From an uncultured virus (IMG/VR IMGVR_UViG_3300021085_000013) (Duplodnaviria > Heunggongvirae > Uroviricota > Caudoviricetes): a DNA stretch of 54,899 bases. Where the stretch lies: positions 62,001 through 116,899 of IMG/VR virus record IMGVR_UViG_3300021085_000013; one strand, given 5' to 3'. Of the stretch, positions 21,750 through 32,286 are shown piece by piece (position 1 is the first letter of the stretch; each line of letters begins with the position of its first letter). The notes under the pieces were generated by a model, which was not told the origin of the DNA, searched no databases, and saw only the letters and a program-made list of their open reading frames with translations. The translations under genes were made by a program, and so were the position numbers.

Positions 21750-23075
21750 TTATAGTTTAAGGAATACTTTTCTAGTGTCTTCTTCAACTCTGATCACTTG
21801 GACAGTAATATCTGCACCTTTCGATATGTCTTTAATATCTATGTTTTCAGGGAATTCAGATACATGTAAGAGTCCTACAACACCTTCTTCTATTTCTACA
21901 AATAAACCATAGTCTTTAGTAGATTTTACCTTTCCTACTACTTCAGTTTTCTTAGTATATCTTGAAGAAATACCTTCCCATGGATCTACTTTCTTTTCAG
22001 CAGGAGAACCTTGAACAAGTGTAATTTTTCTTTCATTAATAACTTCCTTAACATAGAATTTAATTTCTGTTCCTGGCTCTAAAGATCTGTCTCTATGTGC
22101 CTTTGAAGTTTCAGTATCTAAGTCGTTAACGTGAATCATACCTGTTAAACATCCTTCAAACTCAACGAATACACCGTATTTTGCAGAACCGGTAACATGA
22201 CCTGTTCTTTCAACTGTAATATCCTCTTGTATTGTTTTAAGTGTATTAGGAATAAGTGCTCTTAAATATGCTCTATGTGAAACTACAACAGTTCCTTTTT
22301 CTTCTGAATAACTCACAGGTACTACATACATTTCTGTGCCGATGATTGATTCAAAGTCATGTAATTTATTTACACCTGCTAAAGAACCTGGCATAAAGCA
22401 ATCAATTCCTTGAACCTGAACAATATATCCTCCACCTGGAATCATTTTAGAAACAATACCGCTGTATGCTGTATTCCCATCATCAATAGATGCTACGATT
22501 TCTTTAATAACTTTAGTCTTAAGACCTTCAGTTACAGAACCTATCATATATTTCTTGACATTCATTGAAGTATCGGCAGTCAATTGAACATCAACTTCAG
22601 CTCCTTCTTTTAAAAGTTCTTTTACTTCTGCAGTTTCTCTTGACAAATCTACATAGATTAATTCTCTATACCCTACGTCAATTGACGCCCATTCAGAATC
22701 AACGCCATACACCTTTCCAGTGTAACTAGCGCCTAATTGTAAAGAATATAAAGTGTTAGAAGTTAATGAATGACCTTCCATTAGATCAAATAACTCTTGA
22801 GCATACGGCTCTCTACTATATACCTTTACTCCTTTAGGTACTTTAATATGTGGATTTGGTTTTCTAAACTTAGTGGGGCAATCCGCCTGATAAAGATCCC
22901 ACATGAATTCTCCATTTTCATCTAGAAAATCAGTGTCAGGTCCTGGCGTTAATTTTTCTGGGGTTGCTTTGTTTAGAGAAGTTTCTACTTTAACTTCTGT
23001 TTCTTGATTAGCTTCTTTAAGCTGTGTAGTTGTTGAGAGTCTTGGTCTCTTTTGTTTAGTTGTCTTTGTTGACAT
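21750..23075 (-). CDS. rpsA: Ribosomal protein bS1 homologue, four S1 domains
   Basis: Four tandem S1/OB repeats (YTGKV..IDVGY; GGYIVQVQGIDCFMPGS..VVSHRAYL; YGVFVEFEGCLTGMIHVNDL; DPW..GKVKSTKDYGLFVEIEEGVVGLLHVSE). N-terminal EFMWDLY resembles the Bacteroidota bS1 N-terminus. Confidence 0.85.
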   Translation of the reverse strand: MSTKTTKQKRPRLSTTTQLKEANQETEVKVETSLNKATPEKLTPGPDTDFLDENGEFMWDLYQADCPTKFRKPNPHIKVPKGVKVYSREPYAQELFDLMEGHSLTSNTLYSLQLGASYTGKVYGVDSEWASIDVGYRELIYVDLSRETAEVKELLKEGAEVDVQLTADTSMNVKKYMIGSVTEGLKTKVIKEIVASIDDGNTAYSGIVSKMIPGGGYIVQVQGIDCFMPGSLAGVNKLHDFESIIGTEMYVVPVSYSEEKGTVVVSHRAYLRALIPNTLKTIQEDITVERTGHVTGSAKYGVFVEFEGCLTGMIHVNDLDTETSKAHRDRSLEPGTEIKFYVKEVINERKITLVQGSPAEKKVDPWEGISSRYTKKTEVVGKVKSTKDYGLFVEIEEGVVGLLHVSEFPENIDIKDISKGADITVQVIRVEEDTRKVFLKL

Positions 23076-23121
23076 TTACTTTGTTTTTAAAAGGGTTAAT
23101 GTATGTTTTACTAGTTATATA

Positions 23122-24840
23122 TCAAATTACGGTGGCGTCAAATCCTATCATTGGAACGTAAGGAACAGTAGGAACTGGTATACCGCCCATATAAATAAAT
23201 TTCATTTCACTAAGATGCGTAAAATAAGAATATGCAAGTGCTTTAGCCACTGCATTGGCTGCACCTTCCCTATCTAATCCATAATCTTTACCTGAATTAA
23301 GAGCTCTTCTTAAATTATCTGCTAATTTCCTTTGATTTCCGTAACTAACTCCTATGTATTTTCCGCCTAAAGGAGGAACAGATAGACATGGCGGTGTCGG
23401 GGGATCAGTTGCAAATGGCTGTATTGTTGCATCTTTCCAGTATTTAAGAGTTGCCTTTGCAAGTTCTTTATATGGATCATCTTTACTTCCACCTTCTGCT
23501 AACATTGCAGCTTCAATTCCCATTTCTACTATTAAAGTATTTCTAATTTGCTTAGCTAAAGTTCCCGTCTTAGACATATCTATATTCACAATAGAATCCT
23601 GTGTTTCGTCGTTTTCAGTAAGAGGACATCCTTGCCATTTTTTTCTTAATTCATCTTCTAGAAAAACGGGTTTAACTTTATTTTTTTTAAAACCATAGTC
23701 TTGTTTACCGTTCCACGTAAATTCTGTAATAACATACTGAGTTAATGCAGGTGGCATTTTATTATTTTCATCAAAAGGCTCCTGTATTTTTAAATTAGTT
23801 AATTTAAATGGATATCTTACTTTTAATTTTTCAGCAGGTTCCATTTCTTCATATCCTACGGGTAATGTAGTATCAAAGGGCCATGGATATTTAATAGCTT
23901 GTATAGGATCTTTCTTTAATGCAGTTTCATCATTGTATAAAAACTTTCCATCACTATCTACAGTTGGATGACACTTCCTTATTTCATCAATTACATATTT
24001 AGAAACTAGTAGATGAAATTCTCCATCACTATTTTTATTATTATTATTTACTGAAAAACCCGAGGAAGATTTAAATGATTGCCAACCCCAGTCTAATCCC
24101 TTTAGTGTAGATATAGCCGCCTTCCTGTTATTGTTCATCTGCTGAATGTCTTGATTACTAAATCCTGAACCGCCAACCCCAGCTGTGGAATTGCTTCTAA
24201 TTTCATTAGTTCCCATCCAAGTCGCCCAGTGCCAAAAATCCCATCTTTTATCTCCGTCAGAAATATCCTCAAATTGCATTAATAATCTTGTTGCAAATAT
24301 TCTAGCTAATTCATCGCCGGTTTCTTTACCATCTAAGCGATGAAACTCGAAGAATTTAAATCTATATAGGTTTTCTGCTTCGTCATCCTTAAACTCTTCC
24401 AGATACTTGTCAAGCTCTTCAGTTGGCTCGTATTGTATACCTCCTGAAATTTCACCTTCTAGTTTATTATATTCAGGATCATTGTCTTTTCCTGCAATAC
24501 TTAACCTGGAAGCTGCGCCAGCTGCACTCGCCAACCATGTTGCAATTCCTATTTTCTTTTCTTCGGTGTCTGGTGTTTCCATGACAGGTTCTCCTTTTTC
24601 AAAAAGGTCAGTGAACCAATGTTCATAGCTTGCTATGAATGCACTCTCCCCGGGTGATGATTCATGAGGTGCCATTCCTGGAATACACGTTGCATTAGGA
24701 CCAGAACCTTTTTTAACATCAATCGTATATTGTGTGGCTAATAATTTACCGAATTCTGCGGCACTAGTCGGTGGGGCAGTAGGTGCGCTTAAAAGAAATC
24801 CTTCTACTTCACTAATAAAATTAGTCCAATCTGCAGCCAT
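23122..24840 (-). CDS. Hypothetical protein (572 aa) downstream of spike gene
   Basis: ORF track. Pro-rich termini. No family recognised. Confidence 0.5.
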   Translation of the reverse strand: MAADWTNFISEVEGFLLSAPTAPPTSAAEFGKLLATQYTIDVKKGSGPNATCIPGMAPHESSPGESAFIASYEHWFTDLFEKGEPVMETPDTEEKKIGIATWLASAAGAASRLSIAGKDNDPEYNKLEGEISGGIQYEPTEELDKYLEEFKDDEAENLYRFKFFEFHRLDGKETGDELARIFATRLLMQFEDISDGDKRWDFWHWATWMGTNEIRSNSTAGVGGSGFSNQDIQQMNNNRKAAISTLKGLDWGWQSFKSSSGFSVNNNNKNSDGEFHLLVSKYVIDEIRKCHPTVDSDGKFLYNDETALKKDPIQAIKYPWPFDTTLPVGYEEMEPAEKLKVRYPFKLTNLKIQEPFDENNKMPPALTQYVITEFTWNGKQDYGFKKNKVKPVFLEDELRKKWQGCPLTENDETQDSIVNIDMSKTGTLAKQIRNTLIVEMGIEAAMLAEGGSKDDPYKELAKATLKYWKDATIQPFATDPPTPPCLSVPPLGGKYIGVSYGNQRKLADNLRRALNSGKDYGLDREGAANAVAKALAYSYFTHLSEMKFIYMGGIPVPTVPYVPMIGFDATVI

Positions 24841-24842
24841 TC

Positions 24843-25568
24843 TTATTTATTTTCTTGTTGATAATCAGGGTGTTTACTTTTCAAAGATGCAACACCCGAT
24901 GGGGTAGGAGGTAATGAAACCGCAGTTCCTGATGGACCAACTCCGGTTGGATGTATATGGTTTTCAAAAAGAGTTAAATACTCGTCTAACCATGCTTCTA
25001 GTGATTTACCCCTTACAGCGGGTTCTGAAGTATCTTCTCCACTTTCACCTGTATTACTTAAATATACGTCTCCTGAATCTATGAATATTCTATCGTCCGT
25101 AGAAATTTTAATATCGCCGGCTTCATCTATTTGTATTATAGGTCTTTCTTTTGCACCGCTTCCTCTTGTAATTATAAGACCATCTTCTTCTGAGTGATAA
25201 ATTCTTACGTTTCTTTCAGCGTCATATACTAGACTTATTACATTTTCAGCATTGCCAGCTCCTTCTAATATATCTGTTTTAAGATCTTCGTTTTGATCTA
25301 TATGAAACCAATATTCAGGATGATATAAATTACCATTATCAAATCTAGCTGAAACTATATCTCCTATTCTAGGAACCTGGTGAGAACCTACTGCGTTTCT
25401 ATTCATAGGAGTTGCCCATGGAATAGCATCATCTGGTAAATTATCAAACTTTCCTAAAACTTTAACCTTACATCTACCCAGTTTAAGAGGATCGACATTG
25501 TCGATAACTTCTCCTAACCAATGTGTGTCTCTAAGATTATCAGTATTTAATTCCTTTTCAGTTGACAT
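24843..25568 (-). CDS. Baseplate central spike (gp5 N-terminal OB / gpV-like)
   Basis: WLGEVIDNVDPLKLGRCKVKV..LPDDAIPWA..VPRIGDIV..F (gp5 OB domain). C-terminal HIH metal-binding apex motif. No lysozyme domain seen. Confidence 0.85.
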   Translation of the reverse strand: MSTEKELNTDNLRDTHWLGEVIDNVDPLKLGRCKVKVLGKFDNLPDDAIPWATPMNRNAVGSHQVPRIGDIVSARFDNGNLYHPEYWFHIDQNEDLKTDILEGAGNAENVISLVYDAERNVRIYHSEEDGLIITRGSGAKERPIIQIDEAGDIKISTDDRIFIDSGDVYLSNTGESGEDTSEPAVRGKSLEAWLDEYLTLFENHIHPTGVGPSGTAVSLPPTPSGVASLKSKHPDYQQENK

Positions 25569-25571
25569 ATA

Positions 25572-26822
25572 TTAATCGTTTACATTACCAAGAGACTGTG
25601 CGGCTGCTTGTTCTAAAGCACTTCCAACAGTTGCACTTGTATCTACATTAAACACATTTTCTGCGATGTTAGCTCCTATATTATCTACTCCATCTGAAAC
25701 TCCCCTTAGAGCATCTTGATATATGTTTTCGAAATTAGGAACTCGTCCTCTGACACTGTCCCTTGCTCCTTGAACTAATTCATCTTTCTTTTCTCTTGCT
25801 AATCTGTTAATATCAGTTTCTGCTCTATCTTTTAATTCTTTAAGCTTTCCTAGTGCTTTATCTTTTAAGAAACCAAGTATACCATCTGCTTCATAATCTT
25901 CAGAATCGGGTGCTGGTGAATATCCGTTTGGAAATGTATCTGATACTATTCCATTTAAGACTCTGGCATCGACTTTATCTATAACTTCATATTTCATTTC
26001 GACAGTTTGCCTGGTTTGTTCACCTGGATTTTTAGTAAGATCTGCAAAAGGATCTGCTCCTGAATTTAGAGAGAATTCACATTCTCTAAATCTAAACATA
26101 AAGAAAGGTCTTGCTGCATTTCCTGAAATACCTTCATTTCCATTCTCTACACCCAATGAAGGTTTAAAATTACCAGGGAATCCTTTAATAGTCTCTAAAG
26201 ATATTTTCTTAGGAATTCCTGATAATGAAATTTTAGACATATTTTTTATAGTTCTAACCTCAGTAACGTATATTGTCATTGAAAATTTTCTAAGATTTTC
26301 AGGTAATATCCAATTATGCTTATGTTCGTCAAATACGGCCTTTCTATATAAGTGCATTAAACCCGAAACCCTAAGGTTAATTGATTCTAAGCAACTTAAC
26401 GTAAGCTTTGCATCATCTCCTCCTCTATATGGATTATTTGGGTCTATGCCTGCTATAACACGATCTACTCCCTGTATTCCTTGAAAAAACCATGGAGTAT
26501 TTTTATTAATATCTAATAGTGCTTTTTTAAATTTTATGAGATTAGATAATCTTTCACTATAGAATCTAGTAGTAGGATCGTTGTCATCCGGTTTGAACGT
26601 AATAGGATCTATTTTACCAGGAGTAATCGCTGTTGAATTATCAGAACCAGTTGCTCCCAGGTGTCGAGTATAATATTCTTCGGCAGCTCCTGAAAAAATA
26701 GGAGAATGCTCATGACTATTAACGTCAAACAATATAACGAAGGACAAATATGTAGGATCCTGGTATGGAGACTGCGCTAATTTACCCTTTTTAAAATCTA
26801 CTATGTTTTTAAAGTCTGACAT
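25572..26822 (-). CDS. Putative tail-tube-like / baseplate-tube junction protein
   Basis: Position between spike and hub genes. Tube-like segment (LPENLRKFSMTIYVTE..FRFRECEF). Weak. Confidence 0.4.
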   Translation of the reverse strand: MSDFKNIVDFKKGKLAQSPYQDPTYLSFVILFDVNSHEHSPIFSGAAEEYYTRHLGATGSDNSTAITPGKIDPITFKPDDNDPTTRFYSERLSNLIKFKKALLDINKNTPWFFQGIQGVDRVIAGIDPNNPYRGGDDAKLTLSCLESINLRVSGLMHLYRKAVFDEHKHNWILPENLRKFSMTIYVTEVRTIKNMSKISLSGIPKKISLETIKGFPGNFKPSLGVENGNEGISGNAARPFFMFRFRECEFSLNSGADPFADLTKNPGEQTRQTVEMKYEVIDKVDARVLNGIVSDTFPNGYSPAPDSEDYEADGILGFLKDKALGKLKELKDRAETDINRLAREKKDELVQGARDSVRGRVPNFENIYQDALRGVSDGVDNIGANIAENVFNVDTSATVGSALEQAAAQSLGNVND

Positions 26823-26841
26823 GAATTATATATTCTTATTA

Positions 26842-28332
26842 TTATGATGTTGTTTCTGCGTTAACGTTATTGAGTCTACTTGGCCATTCTCTTCTTAAAA
26901 GAGTTAGTTCTTGAGTAATTCCAGTGCTTTCTTTATACCTGTATATAATTCCAGCAATAACATAAAAACCAGTTAAAAATTCATCTTTAATTTGTTCTGT
27001 TCCCATTTCTGAAGGATGTTCTGCCTCGGTATCTTGATCTGTATCAAATCCTTTACCTTCCTTTGATTCATTGATTCCTTGTGCAGCAGACATTTGTGTA
27101 AATCCACCTTTCAGAATCTGAACAGGTATCTTTTGCCACAGATGAATACCTGGATTAAATGTTTTAAGATTAACAACGAGCTTCATCTTATTCATTTCAT
27201 CTAAGTTTTGTTGATTACTTATCGCAGAATAAGAATAATTAAGATGCGTACCGGGTGAATCATCTGATTGAATGGGAAGCCTACCTACAAATTTTGATTT
27301 TACCTCTTTAGTATATCTGTCTTCGCCTCTTCTGCCCTTTAGAGGTTCTTCAATGTCTTTCATATCATCGCTGGCAAGGGGTTCTAATTCATGAGCTACT
27401 ACTCCTACGCCCGGTTCATAGTAAATCATTTTTCTTTTATATCCATTCTTTTTAGAAAGCGAGCCAGCGTTATTAACTAGAGAATAACTTTCTATAAATG
27501 TATTCGTTGAATTCATATTAGCGGCATTCGTCAATATGTTGCTTATCTCTATTTTATTAGAGCTCTGCTCTTCGCCATCTTCATCAAAGTCCATTTCCAT
27601 ATTTATGAAAGTTTCATCTACGCCTTCTTCTGAATTTAATAATGAATTAATATCTACAAAACATATATTATAATAGGGATCTATACAATATGTTTGAAAA
27701 CTATTTTCACCAATATATGAGTGTTCTACTAAATTATTTAAAAATTCAATATTGGGTTGGCACGCACTAAGAGCTTTCATTTTGTCATCAGATGCATCTA
27801 TGTTTGTTGCTAATCCTAATTTTAATTTAGTTGCAAATTCTTCAATCTGTTCCCTAGAAGTTCCTTCATAGGATGCACATCCCTCAGAATACATTGTAGG
27901 TATTTTCATAGTTCCTTCCATGGAATATTTAGAACCATTTGTTGCTTTTTCTAAATCCCTGTTAGGAGGACCTGAAACTTCATCTATATCAAAATCTATT
28001 CTTATGTCTCTAAAGGTATCTTGTTGTCTAGATGCAATTCTAATAGATATAACATCTCCGTCCCTAGGTGTTGAATCACTGTCAAACGTTCCAGCAGTGT
28101 CCATTATTACAACATTGATTGTAGGAATTTTGTCATTACAGTTTATCTCTAAACGCCTTACATCTGCTTCTGAAAATGATTTACCATTAATCACTATCAT
28201 TGGAACAGGTCCTCCGATGGTGTGACTATGCTTATCTCCATCAGGTTCATCTTCTCCCATCGCATCAAACTTTATAACATCAAGTTCTAATGAATGATCT
28301 ATTACATTTAAAATATGATTGTTTAATGGCAT
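26842..28332 (-). CDS. Putative baseplate hub protein (gp27/gpD-like)
   Basis: C-terminal FLTGFYVIAGIIYRY..QELTLLRR resembles hub proteins. Synteny between gp53-like and gp5-like genes. Confidence 0.55.
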   Translation of the reverse strand: MPLNNHILNVIDHSLELDVIKFDAMGEDEPDGDKHSHTIGGPVPMIVINGKSFSEADVRRLEINCNDKIPTINVVIMDTAGTFDSDSTPRDGDVISIRIASRQQDTFRDIRIDFDIDEVSGPPNRDLEKATNGSKYSMEGTMKIPTMYSEGCASYEGTSREQIEEFATKLKLGLATNIDASDDKMKALSACQPNIEFLNNLVEHSYIGENSFQTYCIDPYYNICFVDINSLLNSEEGVDETFINMEMDFDEDGEEQSSNKIEISNILTNAANMNSTNTFIESYSLVNNAGSLSKKNGYKRKMIYYEPGVGVVAHELEPLASDDMKDIEEPLKGRRGEDRYTKEVKSKFVGRLPIQSDDSPGTHLNYSYSAISNQQNLDEMNKMKLVVNLKTFNPGIHLWQKIPVQILKGGFTQMSAAQGINESKEGKGFDTDQDTEAEHPSEMGTEQIKDEFLTGFYVIAGIIYRYKESTGITQELTLLRREWPSRLNNVNAETTS

Positions 28333-28336
28333 GCTT

Positions 28337-28804
28337 TTAAATTCTTATTTCCCCGTTACTTACTTCGATATTAACTTCTCCAGTCTTTAATATATTAGGA
28401 GGTAATATTTCTTTATTATATTTCTTACTTAAATATTCAATTCTATTTGCATCTTTAACAGGGAGCCTTTTAGTATTTATGAATTGATCTCTTATCGGAT
28501 TTTTCTCGTCTTTATTTAATGTTAATTTCCATTTCTTTTTACCATAATCTTTAGGTGGAATGTATAATACATCACCTTCTATAATAGAAAAGGGATTAGA
28601 TATTCCATTAAACTTTAAAATAATGTCAATATAATCATGAGATCCATATTCTGATAAAGACACTAGATCTATTCTACCGGTCTCATCATTACTTACGATA
28701 TGAATATCCTGTACTCTCGTTGAATCTGCAAAAATAAGAGTAGGAGCACTCATAGACAGTTTATTATCTATGATTTTCTTTTTATCTATAGAATATATTT
28801 TCAT
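28337..28804 (-). CDS. Baseplate wedge LysM-like protein (gp53/gpX-like)
   Basis: RIDLVSLSEYGS....IILKFNGISNPFSIIEGDVLYIP pattern. Confidence 0.75.
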   Translation of the reverse strand: MKIYSIDKKKIIDNKLSMSAPTLIFADSTRVQDIHIVSNDETGRIDLVSLSEYGSHDYIDIILKFNGISNPFSIIEGDVLYIPPKDYGKKKWKLTLNKDEKNPIRDQFINTKRLPVKDANRIEYLSKKYNKEILPPNILKTGEVNIEVSNGEIRI

Positions 28805-28805
28805 C

Positions 28806-30581
28806 TTAACCGTTAGCTATTTTTCTAAATTCAGAATTAAGAGCCTTTCTTTTATCTTTACCACCATAAGCCGTTTCAACGTACACTTTATTAACATCAA
28901 CTCCGTCCTTAGGTTGAAGATAAAATCTACCTCTACCCATATTAAACATAGACTCTATATCTAATTTATCTCTTGCTCTACCTGGCTTTAATGTAATTTC
29001 AACTACCATTCTTTCAGGAAAATCCTGAACTCCCATGCCGCCTTCAAAGGTTACATTAGTTTCTCTACATGTTAGATTACCTACCATCATTACTGGGTTT
29101 AATGGATTTCCAACTGTCAAGTGCCATGAACCGGTAGGATCTCCTGTTAATAGAGAGGCTGCGGCCTGACCACCCTGTGGAGAATTAAACATTTTCATTA
29201 AAGTACCACCTAGTATATTATTTAAAAACTTAGAATCTTTCCCATCCATTAATCCTCCTATATCTTTAGCAACTCCTTTAAACATGTCACCTAAACCAGA
29301 CGCTACACTTTTGATAAATCCACTATAGTTACCAGATTTAATCATCGAAAGATCTCCTAATGGCTTTCCAGTAGAACCATCTCCAACATATCGTACTGCT
29401 CCTCCCCAGAATGGTGCTTGACTTGAAGTCAATACCATTATATTAGCAAGTTGATCTAGCATCAATATTTTAGGGTTAGCTCCACTAAATGATCTTAACT
29501 CATATTCAAATTTAAGTTTAAATTCTTGATTAAACGTTAAACCTTGATCTCTGAAAGATACATTCTTAATAACGTTTACCGGGCCAAAAACATGATTAGG
29601 ATAGGTATCACTATATGCATCATAACCTGCTCCACCATTTGCTCTTCTTTGGGCGGTTACTCCATCTACACCTGCATTTGCGTTTGCAGCTGCAGTACCT
29701 ATTACACTTGAATCTAAAAACTGCCCAAAAGCACCTCTTCTGTTTTTATTTTGAGATTGCTTAGTCTGTACACTTGCGGTTTCATCTTTCCAATTATATC
29801 CATGGCTCCAATTAAGTATAGAGTTCATATTGTTACCGGTAACTTCACTCATCCATGTAACTGCTCTTGCAATGTCAGGCTGATCGACTGGTGTCGGATT
29901 TCCTGCTTTATCAACATCCATTGGCGCTATAATATCGTCCATTATAGGATATGGAAATCTTCTAAGAGTTAATAAATAATTATTAGGTATTTTACCATTA
30001 TATCTACACATTGCAAAATCAGCGTAATTATACATATAACCATAACCGGATCCGCCGGCAGCAGCTGCTTTTGTAACTTCTATTATTTTAGAAACAGAAG
30101 GATTATCTAATGTTTTAGGATCTATTTTATTATATTCTTTAATATCTACACCCGTCGCCTTCGCAGATCCACCGGGAGTAAAGAAACTACCTCTAAAATT
30201 TACTAAAGAATATTTATTAAATACAGAATAAGGTTTTAAACCATCGGTTATCGCAGCAGAAGCTACGCCTTCTTGTGGTTTTCCAGCATCATCTTTTTTA
30301 TAGTAGATAACTGAGTCGGCTGTTTGTGTGTAATATGCATCTGCTTCTGAATTAATAGTAGGGCTAACGTTACTCAGGGGTTGACCTGTTTTCATAGCAG
30401 CATTCCTTGCATTTGGGTCTGCAAATTGACCCTTTAATATATCCTGTGGATCTACATTTCCGGCACCATTGCCGTCTGGACTAGAAAGATTAAAGAAGTT
30501 ATCTACTTTATCTCCAAATCCTGAAACTGATGATTTTAAACTGGAAGCTGCTCCCGCTGATACTAATCCAAATAATGGCAT
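28806..30581 (-). CDS. Putative baseplate tail-tube initiator-like protein (591 aa)
   Basis: First gene of the baseplate operon. C-terminal GNLTCRETNVTF..FPERMVVEITLK resembles tube-initiator folds. Weak. Confidence 0.4.
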   Translation of the reverse strand: MPLFGLVSAGAASSLKSSVSGFGDKVDNFFNLSSPDGNGAGNVDPQDILKGQFADPNARNAAMKTGQPLSNVSPTINSEADAYYTQTADSVIYYKKDDAGKPQEGVASAAITDGLKPYSVFNKYSLVNFRGSFFTPGGSAKATGVDIKEYNKIDPKTLDNPSVSKIIEVTKAAAAGGSGYGYMYNYADFAMCRYNGKIPNNYLLTLRRFPYPIMDDIIAPMDVDKAGNPTPVDQPDIARAVTWMSEVTGNNMNSILNWSHGYNWKDETASVQTKQSQNKNRRGAFGQFLDSSVIGTAAANANAGVDGVTAQRRANGGAGYDAYSDTYPNHVFGPVNVIKNVSFRDQGLTFNQEFKLKFEYELRSFSGANPKILMLDQLANIMVLTSSQAPFWGGAVRYVGDGSTGKPLGDLSMIKSGNYSGFIKSVASGLGDMFKGVAKDIGGLMDGKDSKFLNNILGGTLMKMFNSPQGGQAAASLLTGDPTGSWHLTVGNPLNPVMMVGNLTCRETNVTFEGGMGVQDFPERMVVEITLKPGRARDKLDIESMFNMGRGRFYLQPKDGVDVNKVYVETAYGGKDKRKALNSEFRKIANG

Positions 30582-30616
30582 ATTGTAATATTATGTTTTT
30601 ACTAGGTTTTATATAT

Positions 30617-31207
30617 TCACAATTCTATGTCATCCAGATCGTCTGACTGTGGTCTATATAAAAGCTTATCATAATATTTATCCGTCTTTGGTTCCCTATC
30701 TCCTAGAAACTTCTTAAGATGGGCAGCATATACTCCCCGTGATTGATAATAATATTTGCCAGAAGAATATACACTTCTGCTTGAGAGTTCAAATATATCT
30801 TTAAAATTCTTTTCGATTAAGAAATCTTGTATATTGTTAAATAGATCTATTACCTCTGATTTGGTTTTAACACACATTACGGAGTCAACTGAGATCATAT
30901 AAGATTCCCACTTAGAGTCTATTTGATTTTGAAAGTCTTTCATAGATTTATAGTTCTTTCTAGAAAGACCGAATGTTGTAGTTCTATTATTAAAGTCTTT
31001 TGAAAACTTCATACCGAAGAGATATCTTTTTAAGAAATCTATATTATCATGAAACTTGGTAATTCTTATTTGATATCTTGGCATATCCTCGTCGAACTTA
31101 ACGTCATGAATTATTGCATAAACGGGAAATACGATATGAGAATGTCTAGTGTTGGATATAAGGGCATGTATTCTTTCACCCTTTGAAAATAACTTATGCC
31201 TTATCAT
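30617..31207 (-). CDS. Hypothetical protein (196 aa)
   Basis: ORF track, coupled to upstream gene. Confidence 0.55.
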   Translation of the reverse strand: MIRHKLFSKGERIHALISNTRHSHIVFPVYAIIHDVKFDEDMPRYQIRITKFHDNIDFLKRYLFGMKFSKDFNNRTTTFGLSRKNYKSMKDFQNQIDSKWESYMISVDSVMCVKTKSEVIDLFNNIQDFLIEKNFKDIFELSSRSVYSSGKYYYQSRGVYAAHLKKFLGDREPKTDKYYDKLLYRPQSDDLDDIEL

Positions 31208-31608
31208 TATAGATCGATTATCTTGACGCTTTCAAATCTTTTAAGAACGCCTTTAGGATAATCATCTCTATTAATAACTGTTAAGTTTAGTGATGCATCG
31301 GGTTCTATTGTTTCTTGTAGAAATAATTTAAAGTTGTCAATAGTTTCTGCATCTAAATTTTTAAATAAGTAAATGATTTTTTCTAAGTCTGCATTCTTAT
31401 TTAGAACATTAATGAAAGAATCTCTTATTGCAAGACCAATTACAGATCGATGTGGTTCAGTGTCATAGGGATCTGATTTAACTAGCTTATTTCTAATGCT
31501 ATAAAAATCTATTACTGTTTCTCCCGGGTTGTTTCTACAGAATTTATTAAATTCCTTTCTACTGTTACACCACACGCATTCTATTGTAATTTCGGTCGTT
31601 GTTGTCAT
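31207..31608 (-). CDS. Hypothetical protein (133 aa)
   Basis: ORF track, overlapping start/stop. Confidence 0.55.
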   Translation of the reverse strand: MTTTTEITIECVWCNSRKEFNKFCRNNPGETVIDFYSIRNKLVKSDPYDTEPHRSVIGLAIRDSFINVLNKNADLEKIIYLFKNLDAETIDNFKLFLQETIEPDASLNLTVINRDDYPKGVLKRFESVKIIDL

Positions 31609-31919
31609 CTTATCAATTTCTCCAACTCTTTAATTTTAGTTTGTAAAGTTTGGATTTTATGTTTTGTTTCGATGGTAGAGGGACTATAATTAGTTCCCCA
31701 TTCAGTGACCACCTTTATTTGATTAGATTGTTTTGAATTACCAAAATCTAATCCGACATCGATACAGATATCTTTGATAAAATTTAATCTATCATCAATA
31801 CCTTTATCAAAATCATAGACAATAACTGACTCGTATTTCTCACCAGCCGCATTGATGTTATCATCTGTTACGGTTTTAATTACACCGTTATCTGCTATCT
31901 TAAGAGTTATCTCCTGCAT
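31605..31919 (-). CDS. Hypothetical protein (104 aa)
   Basis: ORF track, overlapping neighbours. Confidence 0.55.
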   Translation of the reverse strand: MQEITLKIADNGVIKTVTDDNINAAGEKYESVIVYDFDKGIDDRLNFIKDICIDVGLDFGNSKQSNQIKVVTEWGTNYSPSTIETKHKIQTLQTKIKELEKLIR

Positions 31920-32286
31920 TTAATCTTTCTTCTAGGGATTCTTGAACTTTTCTGTATATTTTCCTAGCCGCTTTTCTATCAGCTCTATAAGTTTCTTTAT
32001 CTTTGATCGTAGTCATCGCGAAGGCCTCTTCTAATAAATCAATCTCTTCCTTGTTATAACCGATTTCAGTCCATGTTTCTTTTAACGATTCTAACTTAGC
32101 TCCTAGTTGAGCTTCTATTTGATCATTGACTCTATTCGTATTAGCTTCATGAAATTGCTTTCCTTCTTCTTGTTTTAAAGAATACCATGCTATTCCTTTT
32201 TCAGAGAATCTTCCCCATTCGTTTTTAGCTTTTAATAATCCAGCTTGTTTATAGGTGTCTCTTCTGTATTTTCTTGCTTGACTCAT
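31900..32286 (-). CDS. Hypothetical helical protein (128 aa)
   Basis: ORF track. Confidence 0.55.
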   Translation of the reverse strand: MSQARKYRRDTYKQAGLLKAKNEWGRFSEKGIAWYSLKQEEGKQFHEANTNRVNDQIEAQLGAKLESLKETWTEIGYNKEEIDLLEEAFAMTTIKDKETYRADRKAARKIYRKVQESLEERLNAGDNS

